From a virus (taxonomy: Duplodnaviria > Caudoviricetes): a stretch of 64,000 bases of DNA. The stretch lies in IMG/VR virus record IMGVR_UViG_3300037455_000099, positions 1,383 through 65,382 of that record; one strand, given 5' to 3'. The position numbers and the translations under genes were made by a program. Of this stretch, positions 19,312 to 31,137 are shown piece by piece (position 1 is the first letter of the stretch; each line of letters opens with the position of its first letter). The notes beneath the pieces are model-generated. The model saw only the letters and a program-made list of their open reading frames with translations. It was not told the DNA's origin and ran no database searches.

Positions 19312-19701
19312 ATGATCGAGATAAAAAGTAATTACAATAAAAAAGATGATGCTGTTAGCTATTTACTTAAATTAAATAAAAAAGTAAGAAATATAGAAGG
19401 TATTCTACAAAGATACGGTTCTATTGGCTGTGAGGCATTAAGCTATTATACTCCTTTCGATACAGGTGAAACCGCTATGTCTTGGTCATTCGACGTCATC
19501 AAACACGGTGAACAGTCTTATGAATTGAGATTTAGCAACTCAAAAGTAGTAGACGGTGTTAACATTGCACTTATACTTCAGACAGGACATCCAACAAAAA
19601 GCGGAACATGGGTTGAGGGTGTGGACTACATTAATCCCGCCCTTAGACCTATTTTCGACGATATTGCAAGAAAGGCTTGGGGGGAGATTAAGGCGTTATG
19701 A
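19312..19701 (+). CDS. neck/tail-completion protein (HK97 gp10-like)
   Basis: TPFDTGETAMSW, GHPT, DYINPAL. Confidence 0.65.
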   Translation: MIEIKSNYNKKDDAVSYLLKLNKKVRNIEGILQRYGSIGCEALSYYTPFDTGETAMSWSFDVIKHGEQSYELRFSNSKVVDGVNIALILQTGHPTKSGTWVEGVDYINPALRPIFDDIARKAWGEIKAL

Positions 19702-22700
19702 GTATGAACAGTAAGGAAATTGAAGAACGAGTAGTCGCCATGCGCTTCGACAACGAACAGTTCGAGAAGGGTACAAAGCAGACTATAAACACTTTAGGTA
19801 AATTAAAAGCATCTCTTGACTTTACTGGTGCAGTTAAGGGATTTAAAAACATTGCATCAGAAACTAATATTGTAAAGAAAAATGTAGATGTACTTTCTGG
19901 TGGTGTAGCATCCATCAAAAGTGAATTCGATTCTTTACAGGTAGTAGGAGCAACAGCTCTCGTAAGACTTACTAATGCTGCAATCACAGCTGGTAAGAAT
20001 ATTACAAATGCTCTTACTTTAGAACCTATTAAAACAGGTTTTAGTGAATACGAAGAAAAGATGGGTAGTATACAAACTATCCTTACAAATACAGCATCTA
20101 AAGGAACTACTCTTGAAGAAGTTGTAAAAACTCTTGATGAGTTAAATACTTACGCTGACAAAACTATTTATAATTTTGCTCAGATGACCAAAAACATAGG
20201 TACATTCACTGCAGCAGGTCTCGACTTACAGACATCAGCAAATAGTATTCAGGGTATAGCAAACCTTGCAGCTGCGTCTGGCTCAACATCACAGCAGGCT
20301 TCAACGGCGATGTACCAGCTTTCACAGGCGTTATCCGCAGGCTCTCTTAAATTGCAGGACTGGAACTCTGTAGTAAACGCTGGTATGGGCGGTCAGTTAT
20401 TCCAGAATGCACTTATGGAGACAGCAAAAGAGTATGGTGTAGCTGTAGACGACATTGTTAAGGAAGCAGGTTCATTCAGAGAATCACTTTCTAAAGGATG
20501 GATCTCAGCTGATATTCTTTCTACAACTTTAAGAAAGTTCACAAGAACAGGTGCAAAAGAGTATGCTGAATCAATGCAGAAGAACGGTAAGTACACTGAG
20601 GAGCAGACTAAGAAGCTTGAAGAACAGGCTTTAATGATGGAAAATGCTGCTACAGAGGTTAAGACGTTCACTCAGCTTTGGGATACTCTCAAAGAAACAG
20701 CTCAGTCAGGATGGGGTAAGACCTGGGAAATCATCGTTGGTGACTACGAACAGGCTAAAAAGACTTTTACAGAGTTAAATAATATTATCTCTCCAATGAT
20801 TGAGAAAGTTTCTGACTCTATCAATAATCTTCTTGAAGGTGCTCTCGGTTCTCAGTCAAAATGGACTCAGATCATAGACAAATTCCAGTCTGCTGGTGTT
20901 ACAATGGAGAACATCAAGAAGGGTTTAGCTCAGTCATTCATCAATAGAGGTATGGCTGACGACATGGAGGACTTTGATTATATTCTCAATGAAGTCTATG
21001 GTGATTGGGATACGTTATGGAAGTCTTCTGAGTTCGGCACCAACACTGCTGCAATAAGAGAAGGTCTCCTTAGAGCTATAAAGATGACTGAAGGATTCAG
21101 CGAAACAACTATGACTGCTGCCGAGAAGATAGAACACTTCAAGAAAGTAGTAGACAAAGTTTGGGCTGGTGACTACGGTAATCAGGACTGGAACAAGGAA
21201 AGACAGAAAGCTCTTGAAGCAGAAGGTTACAAGTACGAAGAGATTCAGGAACTTGTAAACAAAACGACAGAAGCAAAAACTGGTATGGCTCTTGCTGATG
21301 AAGATATTTCAAAAGAAATGCTTTTATCTCTTGGCCTTACAAAAGAAGAAGCAGAAGCATACCATAATCTTTCAGCTGAAGTAAGAGCTTCTATTGGTGA
21401 TGAAAACGCTGAAATCACTAAGATGATTGAATCACTTAAACTTCTTGACGGTCGTCAGGTTCTGTTTAAAGGTATTCAGAACTCGCTCGAAGCAATGAAA
21501 ACCGCTTTAGGTGCAGTTGCTCAGGGTATTAAAGAATCATTCCCGGAGTTTGGTTCAAAGAATATTTATGATTTAATTGTTGCTTTTGAAAAGTTTACTA
21601 AAAGTTTAATATTAAATGAAAAACAAATAAGTATAGTAAAGAATGGTGTAAGAACATTCATAAACTTACTTGACACAGCAAAATACGTATTGGGTACGGG
21701 CTTAAGATTAGCTCTTGCCGTAATACGTACATTCCTCGAAGGCCTAGGCTTAGATGTTGCCGGACTTATGGAAATGCTGGCTAAAGGAACTCAGACATTA
21801 AGAGATTTCGTTAAACAGCAGGACATGGTTGCGGTAATCATGGAGAAAATCGGTCCGTACATCAAATCATTTGGTGAATGGATTGGCGGTCTCATTGACA
21901 AAGTTAAAAACGGTGAAAATCTCTTTGCTGGCGTTGGTGACAGTATCTACAGCACAATAGAAAAACTTGCAAGCAAATGCCCTCCACTTATTAACAATGC
22001 AATAATGAGCGTTGTTAACTTCTTTAAGAAGAATATTCCTACTAATATTAGTGCAGAAGGAATTACTAAGAATGTTAGTGGCATGGTTGAAGGCGTTAAG
22101 GGCGAAATAGCAAAACTCTCTACTGGCGAAATGTCTGTTGGTGAAGTTGTTGTTGATATTTTCTCTAATATTAAGTTTAGTGATGGTGGTATTACTAAAA
22201 AGATTAAGGAGAAAATAGTACCAAAGATTAAAGCAGTATTTGAATGGTTAGTTAAACACATAAAGACACTCTGGACTAAAGCAACAGATTGGCTTTCAAA
22301 GAACTTCGACCCGGGTGCTGCTATTGCTGGTGTAATGATATATTCTATTCTTAAGATAGCAAAAGACTTCATCGGCGTATTGGACTCATTTGCATCTCCA
22401 TTGGAACAGTTCCAGGAAATGATAGAGTCTATAGGCGGTATGTTTAATGCACTTAAGAAGCGAATCAATGCATCAACAAAGAATCTTAAAGTACAAAACT
22501 TCTTAATCATTTCTACTGCTATATTTATGATAAGTATGGCAATAAGACAGTTAGCAACAATACCTATAGCAAATGCTGTTGCTGCAGCTGCTATTATTGC
22601 GGTACTCACCGTAGCGATGGGCGGTTTGGCGTTATTGTTTACTTCCGTCAACAAGGCTTCTAAGGCTGCTGAAGAAGGCGAGGAAGATGAAGAAGAGGTT

Positions 22701-25700
22701 GAAAACCACTTTGGATTACTTGGCGGTATAGCGGTTCTTATGCTTGCTATGTCTAAGGTACTTAAAGAACTCTCTGAGATACCTTGGCCAGAGTTAAGTC
22801 ATTCTTTATTAGCTTTATTAACTGTAATAGGAACATTTATTATAGTTGCATACTTTACTTCTAAATTAAGTAAAGGTTTAGGGGAAGTAGATCTAAATGC
22901 ATTGGGTAACACGTTCGTCGCGTTTGGTGCGTCGATGTTGCTACTCATTACAGCCGTCAAAATGGCAGGATCTCTCGATAGGGCAACTCTAAAGAAAGGA
23001 ACAACCTTTGTAATTGGCGCTGGTTTAATACTTAAAATCTTAGCTGCAACATTAAAAGGTGTAAGTGGTACATTCGCAGGAGCGGCTGGTGTTGGTGTAG
23101 CATTGATAGCAGCAAGCATTGCGATGATGTTACTCGTTAGTGTTGTTAAGAAAACAGCAGAAATAAGTACAGCAGATGCAGTTCAGGCCCTTAAAGTAAT
23201 GGGTCTTATGGAACTTGTAATGCTTGGCTTTGTCGCTATTACCGCTATTTCAAGACTCGTTGGTGGTGGAAGTGGCAGATCAATACTTACACTAACAATA
23301 GCAATGGCATTTATTCCTTTAATAATTAAACAAATAAATACAGTTACTCCAGAACAAGTTATCTATGGAGTTAAGGTAATACTTGGCGTTATAGGCTTAT
23401 TCACATTAATGGCGGCGCTGACAAGACTTACTGGTAATAACGCACTTAAACTCGGTCCAACACTTCTGGCGATGTCTTTAGCAATGGCATTACTCGTTGG
23501 TACTATAGCACTTATAGGCTTAATGAAACCAATGACAATAGTTAAGGGAACAGCCGCAGTTGCTGCACTCCTTGTATTTATGTCATTACTTGTAGCAGCT
23601 ACAAGAGATTGTCAGGATGCGACAAGAACACTCACGGCATTAGGCGTAGCAGTAGCATTATTAGCCGGTGTTGTAGTAGCATTGTCATTCCTAGACGCTA
23701 AAAAGGCGTACAGCGCAGTGGGCATTATCGGTGTATTGATGCTGGCTATGGCGGCAATGTTAATCTCAACAAAAGGTCTTGTTGGCGTCAAAATAGCTCC
23801 ATTGATTATAATAATTGGTGGCATGTTGCTTCTCATAGGTGAAGTAGCTGTACTGGCTGCGACTATTTCCGATGCAATGTCAAAAGATGCTACTTCAACA
23901 GTTGCAGGCATAGTGGCGGCAGCATCTCTGGTAATAGCAGCTTGTATTGGCGCATACTTCATGTCTAAGGCAGCAGCGTTCGCTAAACATGCAAAACTTT
24001 CATCGTTCGGTATAGCATTAGCCGCTGTAGCAGCAATGATAGCTATATGCTTTGTAGTGTCTAAACTCCTAGGTTCATTCGGTGGTATAGACATCAATGG
24101 TATAAAGAAAGTTGCTCCTGGAATTATACTGGCTGGTATCATAACAGCACTTTGCGTAACAGCAGCAGTTATTATCATGAAGCAGCTCAACGGTGTAAAT
24201 GTAAAATGGAAAGCTATAGGTGAGGTTGGAGCAATTGTAGCTGTTTTACTCATTGTTATGGGCGCGGTTTCTCTGTTGCTTGCTGGAGTAACAAATTTAC
24301 CAATAAGAACAGATGGCTCTGCTATAACTAAGATATTTATGGTAGCTATTTTAACAGCGTTTATTTGCCTTATGGGCGTTTTCCTTGGCAAAGCAGCAAT
24401 GGGCGTAACAACAAGCACAAAGAAGTTAGGTGTATTAGCCGGCGAAATGGGTCTTGTTGCCGCTGCATTATTGGTAGCTGCAGTAATAATTGGTTTACTG
24501 GACGCTGGATTACAAAACGTCACAATAAATGGACAGTTCTTGTTAACACTTGCTGCAGTAGCTGGTTTAGCCGCTGTAATACTTCTTTGTGGAGCATTAC
24601 TATCAACATTTGTTAAAACAGTAACAATAACTAAACCTCAGTTAACTAAATTAATTGAAATAATGGCCGCTGTATCTGGCGTAATGCTTGTCGCAGCAGG
24701 TATAGCAATATTGATAGCTAAATTTGTAATGCCAGCACTCGATAACATCAAGAATCCTGAAGGAGTAATTACCGGTGTTAAAGCTTTGTGTATTATCGTA
24801 TTAGCGTTACTGGTAGTTGCATTCGTTTGTGCAGCGACAAGCAAACTTCTTGACATGGGCGGAGGTAAGGCTGGTAAAACAATTGCAGGTATGGCCGCAA
24901 TGGTTGCTCTTTTCACAGTCATAGCAGCAATAGCATGGGGTATAAGTGCTACAATCATGCCAGCATTAGAAAGCATAAATTCCGAAGGAATGCTTCAAAA
25001 GTGTTTAGCTTTAGGTATTGTTATTTTAGCGTTAGGCGTAGTCACATATCTTTTAGCACTTGTTAGTAAAGTTGCAGACATAAAGGGTGCGGCTGTTGCG
25101 GCTGGTTTGTTTGCAGTATTAGCTGCTGAAATAGAATTAGCAATAGTGGCATTCGAGAAATTTGTAGGACCCGGACTTCCTATTCTTGGTGCTCAGATTG
25201 CAGCGTTTGGCGCTAGTATAGCAGTATTTGCAGCTAGTATATCAAGTCTTGATAAGGAATCGGTCAACGCTGTTGGCTATTTAATCGACATCATGACAAA
25301 ACTTGCTACACTTGAAGGCAAGATGGGATTCCTTAACTTCTTCCATAAGGATTGGGAGAAGAATTTCAAAGAAGATTTAGTAACATTAGCAGAGTGCTGT
25401 TGTGCATTCTCTAGTGCTATAACTCAAAATGGAGGAATTGATGCAAATGCAGTAGAATCAGCAAAGGTTGTGGCAGATACTTACGCTACACTCGCTGACA
25501 ATATGCAGGCTAAGGGTGGATGGAAAGAGAAGCTCGAAGGTGTTAAAGACTTTAGCTCATTTGGAGACGACCTTAAATCATTTGCTACAGCTATAGTTGC
25601 ATTCTGTGTATCAATCAAATCAACGGAAGCATTAGGTATAGACAAGCAGGCAGTTCTTGACTTCTGTGATATGGCTAGACCTATCATCAACTTACAGAAA

Positions 25701-27392
25701 CAGTTATACGGTTCAGATGGCTTTAAGCAAATGATCCTTGGCGAAAAAGACATGTCGATGTTCGGATCAGACATAGAAGATTTCGCTACTTCTATGGTAA
25801 ATATTTATCATAAAATAAAAACATATAAGAACGTATGGAAAGAAGATTTCTGGGGTGAATTTGCAAACGCTGCAACGCAGATAGCAGAAATAGGTGGACA
25901 CATCGAAAACTCAGGTGGACTGATAGGCAACATTGTCGGTAACAACGACATGGACAAATTCGGTGATGGACTTGATAACTTTGCTATAGGTATGAAAGCG
26001 CTTTACGATCATTGTGGTAATGTCACTTGGGATAAAGAGACATGGCAGAACATGAATGATTGTATGGCTATACTCGGACCAATGATAAGTAATTATGTTC
26101 CGAAGACTGGTGGTTGGCTTGATGTAATTAAAGGTCAGACAGATCTCGAAAAATTTGGTAACAACCTTGCTAAATTCGGTGAAGGTATTTCCAAATTCGC
26201 AAAGTCAATAAGCGAAGACACCACATCATTCAAGACAGGTATAGCTAAGAGATGCACTGAAGATTTACAGGCAGTTATTGAAGCTATGCCAGATAAATCA
26301 CAGTGGAAGAAGCTAAAAGAATCTACAGACTATGTTACAAAGAATGATATTTCAGATTCAGTAAATACTCTTGGCGGAATCATTACTACATGGTCTAAGT
26401 CAGTTTCTAGTGTAAACAATTCAATAGTTACTAATGCTGCATCTTCTTTACAAATATTAATTAATAGTTTAGATAATGCAAGTAATATTAACTTTGATAA
26501 CCTTGATAACTTCGGAGGATCACTCCAGAGTATAGGTGCTGACACATTACAGGGATTCATAGACGCGTTCTCTGGATCTTACGGTAGAGTTGCAGCAGCT
26601 ATTTCAAGTTTCTCTAGTGATGTCGACGAAGCATACAAGGTAAACGGCAAATACAAGATGATTCTTATCGGTAAGCACATGGTTGAACATATTATTGACG
26701 GACTTGATTCTAAAAATGATAGTTTAAAGTCTACAATAAATAATATGTGCAATAATATTTATAATACTTTCTCTGACTATAGAGAACATATATACAATGT
26801 TGGTGCTTACTTAACTAACGGTCTTATCGCAGGTATGAACTCAAAGAAAGACAACGTTATAAGAGCAGCTAAGGGGCTCACTGACTTTATTGGACCTGTA
26901 ATGCAGAATAACTTAGAAGAGAATTCCCCTTCAAAGTTAACATACAGAATAGGTGCATATGTTGGTGAGGGATTAGCTAATGGTATGATGAGTACAGTTG
27001 GTATGATCCAGACCGCTAGCGACGGTGTATCCGAAGCAGCAACAATGTCTCTACAGGATGCTTTATATAATGCTGTAACAAACTTTGATGACGCAAACCT
27101 GCACCCAACTATTACTCCAGTTGTTGACATGTCTGAAGTAAATGCTGGATTCTCTGATATTTCCTCAAGATTAAGCAATTACACAATAGGCATGAGAGGT
27201 TCATTACCAACTCTTGGCTATGAAATGACTGCTACAGATGTTGTGGATGCTATTGGCGGACTTAGCGATGTTTTAGGCAATCAGTCTGGAGATACATACA
27301 ACATAAACGGTATCACATACGACGATGGAAGCAATGTAGCATCTGCTGTTCAGCAGTTAATCTATGCCGCAAATGTTTCAAGGAGGTCATAA
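19698..27392 (+). CDS. tape measure protein
   Basis: 2564 aa; tape-measure domain (NTYADKTIYNF..MYQLSQAL); long Ala/Leu/Ile-rich middle; SPSKL motif. Confidence 0.93.
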   Translation: MSMNSKEIEERVVAMRFDNEQFEKGTKQTINTLGKLKASLDFTGAVKGFKNIASETNIVKKNVDVLSGGVASIKSEFDSLQVVGATALVRLTNAAITAGKNITNALTLEPIKTGFSEYEEKMGSIQTILTNTASKGTTLEEVVKTLDELNTYADKTIYNFAQMTKNIGTFTAAGLDLQTSANSIQGIANLAAASGSTSQQASTAMYQLSQALSAGSLKLQDWNSVVNAGMGGQLFQNALMETAKEYGVAVDDIVKEAGSFRESLSKGWISADILSTTLRKFTRTGAKEYAESMQKNGKYTEEQTKKLEEQALMMENAATEVKTFTQLWDTLKETAQSGWGKTWEIIVGDYEQAKKTFTELNNIISPMIEKVSDSINNLLEGALGSQSKWTQIIDKFQSAGVTMENIKKGLAQSFINRGMADDMEDFDYILNEVYGDWDTLWKSSEFGTNTAAIREGLLRAIKMTEGFSETTMTAAEKIEHFKKVVDKVWAGDYGNQDWNKERQKALEAEGYKYEEIQELVNKTTEAKTGMALADEDISKEMLLSLGLTKEEAEAYHNLSAEVRASIGDENAEITKMIESLKLLDGRQVLFKGIQNSLEAMKTALGAVAQGIKESFPEFGSKNIYDLIVAFEKFTKSLILNEKQISIVKNGVRTFINLLDTAKYVLGTGLRLALAVIRTFLEGLGLDVAGLMEMLAKGTQTLRDFVKQQDMVAVIMEKIGPYIKSFGEWIGGLIDKVKNGENLFAGVGDSIYSTIEKLASKCPPLINNAIMSVVNFFKKNIPTNISAEGITKNVSGMVEGVKGEIAKLSTGEMSVGEVVVDIFSNIKFSDGGITKKIKEKIVPKIKAVFEWLVKHIKTLWTKATDWLSKNFDPGAAIAGVMIYSILKIAKDFIGVLDSFASPLEQFQEMIESIGGMFNALKKRINASTKNLKVQNFLIISTAIFMISMAIRQLATIPIANAVAAAAIIAVLTVAMGGLALLFTSVNKASKAAEEGEEDEEEVENHFGLLGGIAVLMLAMSKVLKELSEIPWPELSHSLLALLTVIGTFIIVAYFTSKLSKGLGEVDLNALGNTFVAFGASMLLLITAVKMAGSLDRATLKKGTTFVIGAGLILKILAATLKGVSGTFAGAAGVGVALIAASIAMMLLVSVVKKTAEISTADAVQALKVMGLMELVMLGFVAITAISRLVGGGSGRSILTLTIAMAFIPLIIKQINTVTPEQVIYGVKVILGVIGLFTLMAALTRLTGNNALKLGPTLLAMSLAMALLVGTIALIGLMKPMTIVKGTAAVAALLVFMSLLVAATRDCQDATRTLTALGVAVALLAGVVVALSFLDAKKAYSAVGIIGVLMLAMAAMLISTKGLVGVKIAPLIIIIGGMLLLIGEVAVLAATISDAMSKDATSTVAGIVAAASLVIAACIGAYFMSKAAAFAKHAKLSSFGIALAAVAAMIAICFVVSKLLGSFGGIDINGIKKVAPGIILAGIITALCVTAAVIIMKQLNGVNVKWKAIGEVGAIVAVLLIVMGAVSLLLAGVTNLPIRTDGSAITKIFMVAILTAFICLMGVFLGKAAMGVTTSTKKLGVLAGEMGLVAAALLVAAVIIGLLDAGLQNVTINGQFLLTLAAVAGLAAVILLCGALLSTFVKTVTITKPQLTKLIEIMAAVSGVMLVAAGIAILIAKFVMPALDNIKNPEGVITGVKALCIIVLALLVVAFVCAATSKLLDMGGGKAGKTIAGMAAMVALFTVIAAIAWGISATIMPALESINSEGMLQKCLALGIVILALGVVTYLLALVSKVADIKGAAVAAGLFAVLAAEIELAIVAFEKFVGPGLPILGAQIAAFGASIAVFAASISSLDKESVNAVGYLIDIMTKLATLEGKMGFLNFFHKDWEKNFKEDLVTLAECCCAFSSAITQNGGIDANAVESAKVVADTYATLADNMQAKGGWKEKLEGVKDFSSFGDDLKSFATAIVAFCVSIKSTEALGIDKQAVLDFCDMARPIINLQKQLYGSDGFKQMILGEKDMSMFGSDIEDFATSMVNIYHKIKTYKNVWKEDFWGEFANAATQIAEIGGHIENSGGLIGNIVGNNDMDKFGDGLDNFAIGMKALYDHCGNVTWDKETWQNMNDCMAILGPMISNYVPKTGGWLDVIKGQTDLEKFGNNLAKFGEGISKFAKSISEDTTSFKTGIAKRCTEDLQAVIEAMPDKSQWKKLKESTDYVTKNDISDSVNTLGGIITTWSKSVSSVNNSIVTNAASSLQILINSLDNASNINFDNLDNFGGSLQSIGADTLQGFIDAFSGSYGRVAAAISSFSSDVDEAYKVNGKYKMILIGKHMVEHIIDGLDSKNDSLKSTINNMCNNIYNTFSDYREHIYNVGAYLTNGLIAGMNSKKDNVIRAAKGLTDFIGPVMQNNLEENSPSKLTYRIGAYVGEGLANGMMSTVGMIQTASDGVSEAATMSLQDALYNAVTNFDDANLHPTITPVVDMSEVNAGFSDISSRLSNYTIGMRGSLPTLGYEMTATDVVDAIGGLSDVLGNQSGDTYNINGITYDDGSNVASAVQQLIYAANVSRRS

Positions 27393-27393
27393 T

Positions 27394-27714
27394 ATGGGAT
27401 TACTTAATTTCAATTTAAAAATGCCTGATTTGTCTAATTTAAGTTCAATCAAAGAAGCTGCTATGAGCAAAATTGAATCTTTAGGATTAGGCGAAACAGC
27501 TGATAAAATCGGTGGAATCATATCTGGAAACAGTTTGGTCTCCGGTTTATCCGACTCAGTAATGAGCAGTATCCAGGACTCTATGCCAAGTATGGATATG
27601 AACGACATGATGGATTTCGATATGGATTCTCTCATGGGAGATTTTTCTGCTGACAGTCTTAACAACGACATAACAGAAATGGTTAACGGCATAAACTTAG
27701 ATATAGGCGAATAA
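27394..27714 (+). CDS. acidic Met/Asp/Ser-rich hypothetical protein
   Basis: SD AAGGAGG upstream of ATG 27394. Confidence 0.6.
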   Translation: MGLLNFNLKMPDLSNLSSIKEAAMSKIESLGLGETADKIGGIISGNSLVSGLSDSVMSSIQDSMPSMDMNDMMDFDMDSLMGDFSADSLNNDITEMVNGINLDIGE

Positions 27715-27740
27715 AACAAAGAAGGAGTTGAAACGTCAAA

Positions 27741-30700
27741 ATGGCTGCATCAGATTACGAACTTAAAATACTCACTTATGACTTTGTCGACCAAACGAAG
27801 AAACAGATTGAGTGCAGATTCGACTGGCCGGGTCTTGCTGATGGCGCTTCGGAATATGGCTTCACTGATAAATTCGAAATATTCGTACGTTATCACATAG
27901 TCAACAATGCTGGTGAGAGACGAATAGATCGTGAAGACCCAGCAACAACAATAACTGCTATTCCAGGTCAGACTGAATACGTTTACTACTGGGATGTTCC
28001 AGAGAGATGTATCGAAGTCGAAATGAGAGTCGTAGCCTATTCCAAGACGTACAACAGCAATGGGAATGAAGTACCGCATTGGAATGTTGGACTCACAATA
28101 GCGAAAACTACAGACTGGTTATATTGTGGAGAGTCGAATAGGCCTGATAAAGCCAACACTCCTACAGTAACACAAGATCCAAGGCTCGGGAATAAAGTCG
28201 TTCTCGAGCTAACGGATATAATCGATCCAGAAGGGTCAACTAAAGACGTAAAGAAAGTTGAATTTCAGATACTGTATGTCGAAAATGATCAGGACGATGG
28301 AACCATCATTTCTGGTCAGCATGAAGCTACAGTATCTGATTTCAACACTTGTAGATACGTCATGTCTATTGGTACGAAATACGGCTATAGATTCAGAGCA
28401 AGACTCTGGGCGTCAAAATACGGTAGCGTAGTAGGCGTTGAAAATCCATGGGCCGCTAATGCATCGCCAATAGTAGAAGTTCCAGGTGAATGGTCTGACT
28501 TAACTGAGATCATTCATGGAGCTCCTAATTCTCCAGAAATCGTTAACATCAAGAAGCAGAACAGAACCCAGATTCTTATTACGTTAAAGAAGGATGGATA
28601 TTTGCACCATTATCAGTTCCAGGTTGCGTCTACACAAGATGCATTCACTCGAATGGATACATGGGAAATCGAACATCCTGACTTGATAGAAGACGATTCA
28701 GCAAGAGAAGCAGCAAGAGCATTACCTCCACCGATACTGGACGAATTTGTACCAGAAGGCGGAGATACAGAATCTATACTCTACACAGCAACCCAGCTTC
28801 CAGGAGGTAGATTATTCTATAGAGTAAGAGCGGTTTCCGCAGAGTCAGGCGGATATTATTCTGGATGGAGTAATGTATACGAGTATAAGTTCTCAGAAGA
28901 ATTACAGAAACCAATTGTATGGATGAACACACCATTTGCCTCTGTTGGCGATAACTCTATTACTTTAAATGTAATGCATAACTCTCCAACAGGAACACAG
29001 ACAACTGGTGCTCAGATAATGTATCGTATCAATAGTGGTACACTTATCCCGTATCCAAGAGAAGGCATTATCGACCCTCCTGCAAATGGAACAAACGTAT
29101 ATCAGATACCATTCCCGCTTACAGACTTTGACGAAGAATGTGCTATATATTGGATGGTACGTACAGCAGAATACGGAGAAGCAGGTCAGGACGAAAGAAA
29201 CTGGTCTGAATTCTCTGAAGCACTTATATTCTATGTATATGATAAACCAATATTAAATATTACATTCCCTGATATTCCGCAAGAAGAATGGATTCCAGCA
29301 GTAACAGAAGAGAATGCACAGACAATACCTGTTGTATCTCAGTTCCCGTTACATTTCAGAGTCGATCCAGTGCTTAGTGGCGACCAGATGATTACTTCAT
29401 ATTTCGTGAGACTTATGGCGGTTGAAGCTTACGGCGAATACGACGGATATGGCAATAAGAGATTCGTTAATAAAGGCGAAGTCTTATACCAGTTCCATGA
29501 CAATTCAGTAAGTATAGACAAGTATCTATCTGTCACAGACGCAACTTTAGCAAACGGGCAGCGTTACATTTTAAGCGTATCAGCGTACGTAAACACTGGC
29601 GTAACTGTCGAAGCACAAGCTATGTTTACTGTTAACATATCTACACCAGATTACGTAATCGAAGCTGTGGTAGGCGAAAACAGGGAAAATGTAACAATGA
29701 TTATCAACCCTGCTGCGGTGAAGTATGAAGGTACTGGACTTGGTCCGATGACGATGGTGTTACCTACCATTTCAACCATGTCTATGGGATTTACTGAATA
29801 TACTCATGAATTCATACATGGCGTTGACAAAGATGGTGTTCCGTATAAAGGAATAGGATGGAAACGAGACGACCGATATGATCAACATACTAGCAGTCCA
29901 TATTTGTATTACACTGGAATAGTTGGAATTCCAAGTTCGATGAGGCAGCATGGAATTGAGATTGGTGAGATACAGCACCTATTTGCTGAAACGTTAAACA
30001 TGGACGATGAGGAATTTGCACAGTATCGTTTAGATAACGCAATATCTATAGTATGTTTGGATGCATCAGCTATAGTATTCAAAAAAGGAGCACGACCAAG
30101 TAGTTCTAAAAATGGTATATTTTTTTCTACGACTGGTATGTGCGAAGTCAGTCCAATAATATTGTCTGCTGGCTCTACAAATCCACAGATTGATATTGAA
30201 TTAAACAAAATTTACAGAACAGAAATACCAGTAGATGAAAATAATTATATTGTCGGAACACGAACTATATTAACTACACTTAACCAAGGCGACCGATACG
30301 ATGAATACAACATAATCCCAGATGCTAGATTATCGAACCAGGCGTTGTCTACATTTGACGAAAATTCGGAAATAGATCATGGAGAGATAATAGGCGGAAT
30401 ATGTAACATGAAATTAAACCTTGTTAAGTATCATTCTGATATTGATAAATTCGAGGTATTCGGTCCTACTATAGATTGGCCCGTAGTTGAAGGTGGAGAG
30501 AGTGAAACGGTACGCACTTACGTCAACGACATCCTCCTCTCAGTCTATAGAAAGAATCAGGATGGAACAATGGTTGCTATAGCCGAAAACTTCGAGAACC
30601 AGGATTCTATATTTGTTACCGACCCTCATCCAAACCTCATGAAGAACTCTTATCGAATTGTGGGTAAGGATAAGAACAGTGGTGCTATGACTTTCGTTGA

Positions 30701-31136
30701 TACACCTGAGTACCAGATGCAGTGCACTGATATTATCATCCAGTGGGACGAGAATGTTCATTTCGCAGACGTAACGGAAAATAGTTTACCTGCAGAATAC
30801 GCTGGTAATACTCTTCGTTTACCTTATAATATTGATGTTAGCGAAAGCGCTAATATTGAAAACTCTATGGTAAATTATGTTGGCAGAAAGAATCCAGTAT
30901 CATATTACGGTACACAGACGGGTTATACTGCAACATGGAATACTGTAATACCTAAATCAGACAGAGATACAATTGCACTCTTACGCAAACTTCAGGTATA
31001 TCCAGGAGACGTATACGTAAGAGAACCAAGTGGAACAGGCTATTGGGCTCACGTAACAGTGTCATTCCCAATAAACCATGTTGAACTTACTGTTAGTGTG
31101 TCCCTCAGCATAACAAGAGTGGAAGGAGGAATGTAG
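27741..31136 (+). CDS. minor tail protein with fibronectin type III-like repeats
   Basis: YGYRFRARL, FYRVRAV...SGWS, YWMVRT..WSEFS Fn3 signatures. Confidence 0.75.
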   Translation: MAASDYELKILTYDFVDQTKKQIECRFDWPGLADGASEYGFTDKFEIFVRYHIVNNAGERRIDREDPATTITAIPGQTEYVYYWDVPERCIEVEMRVVAYSKTYNSNGNEVPHWNVGLTIAKTTDWLYCGESNRPDKANTPTVTQDPRLGNKVVLELTDIIDPEGSTKDVKKVEFQILYVENDQDDGTIISGQHEATVSDFNTCRYVMSIGTKYGYRFRARLWASKYGSVVGVENPWAANASPIVEVPGEWSDLTEIIHGAPNSPEIVNIKKQNRTQILITLKKDGYLHHYQFQVASTQDAFTRMDTWEIEHPDLIEDDSAREAARALPPPILDEFVPEGGDTESILYTATQLPGGRLFYRVRAVSAESGGYYSGWSNVYEYKFSEELQKPIVWMNTPFASVGDNSITLNVMHNSPTGTQTTGAQIMYRINSGTLIPYPREGIIDPPANGTNVYQIPFPLTDFDEECAIYWMVRTAEYGEAGQDERNWSEFSEALIFYVYDKPILNITFPDIPQEEWIPAVTEENAQTIPVVSQFPLHFRVDPVLSGDQMITSYFVRLMAVEAYGEYDGYGNKRFVNKGEVLYQFHDNSVSIDKYLSVTDATLANGQRYILSVSAYVNTGVTVEAQAMFTVNISTPDYVIEAVVGENRENVTMIINPAAVKYEGTGLGPMTMVLPTISTMSMGFTEYTHEFIHGVDKDGVPYKGIGWKRDDRYDQHTSSPYLYYTGIVGIPSSMRQHGIEIGEIQHLFAETLNMDDEEFAQYRLDNAISIVCLDASAIVFKKGARPSSSKNGIFFSTTGMCEVSPIILSAGSTNPQIDIELNKIYRTEIPVDENNYIVGTRTILTTLNQGDRYDEYNIIPDARLSNQALSTFDENSEIDHGEIIGGICNMKLNLVKYHSDIDKFEVFGPTIDWPVVEGGESETVRTYVNDILLSVYRKNQDGTMVAIAENFENQDSIFVTDPHPNLMKNSYRIVGKDKNSGAMTFVDTPEYQMQCTDIIIQWDENVHFADVTENSLPAEYAGNTLRLPYNIDVSESANIENSMVNYVGRKNPVSYYGTQTGYTATWNTVIPKSDRDTIALLRKLQVYPGDVYVREPSGTGYWAHVTVSFPINHVELTVSVSLSITRVEGGM

Positions 31137-31137
31137 A

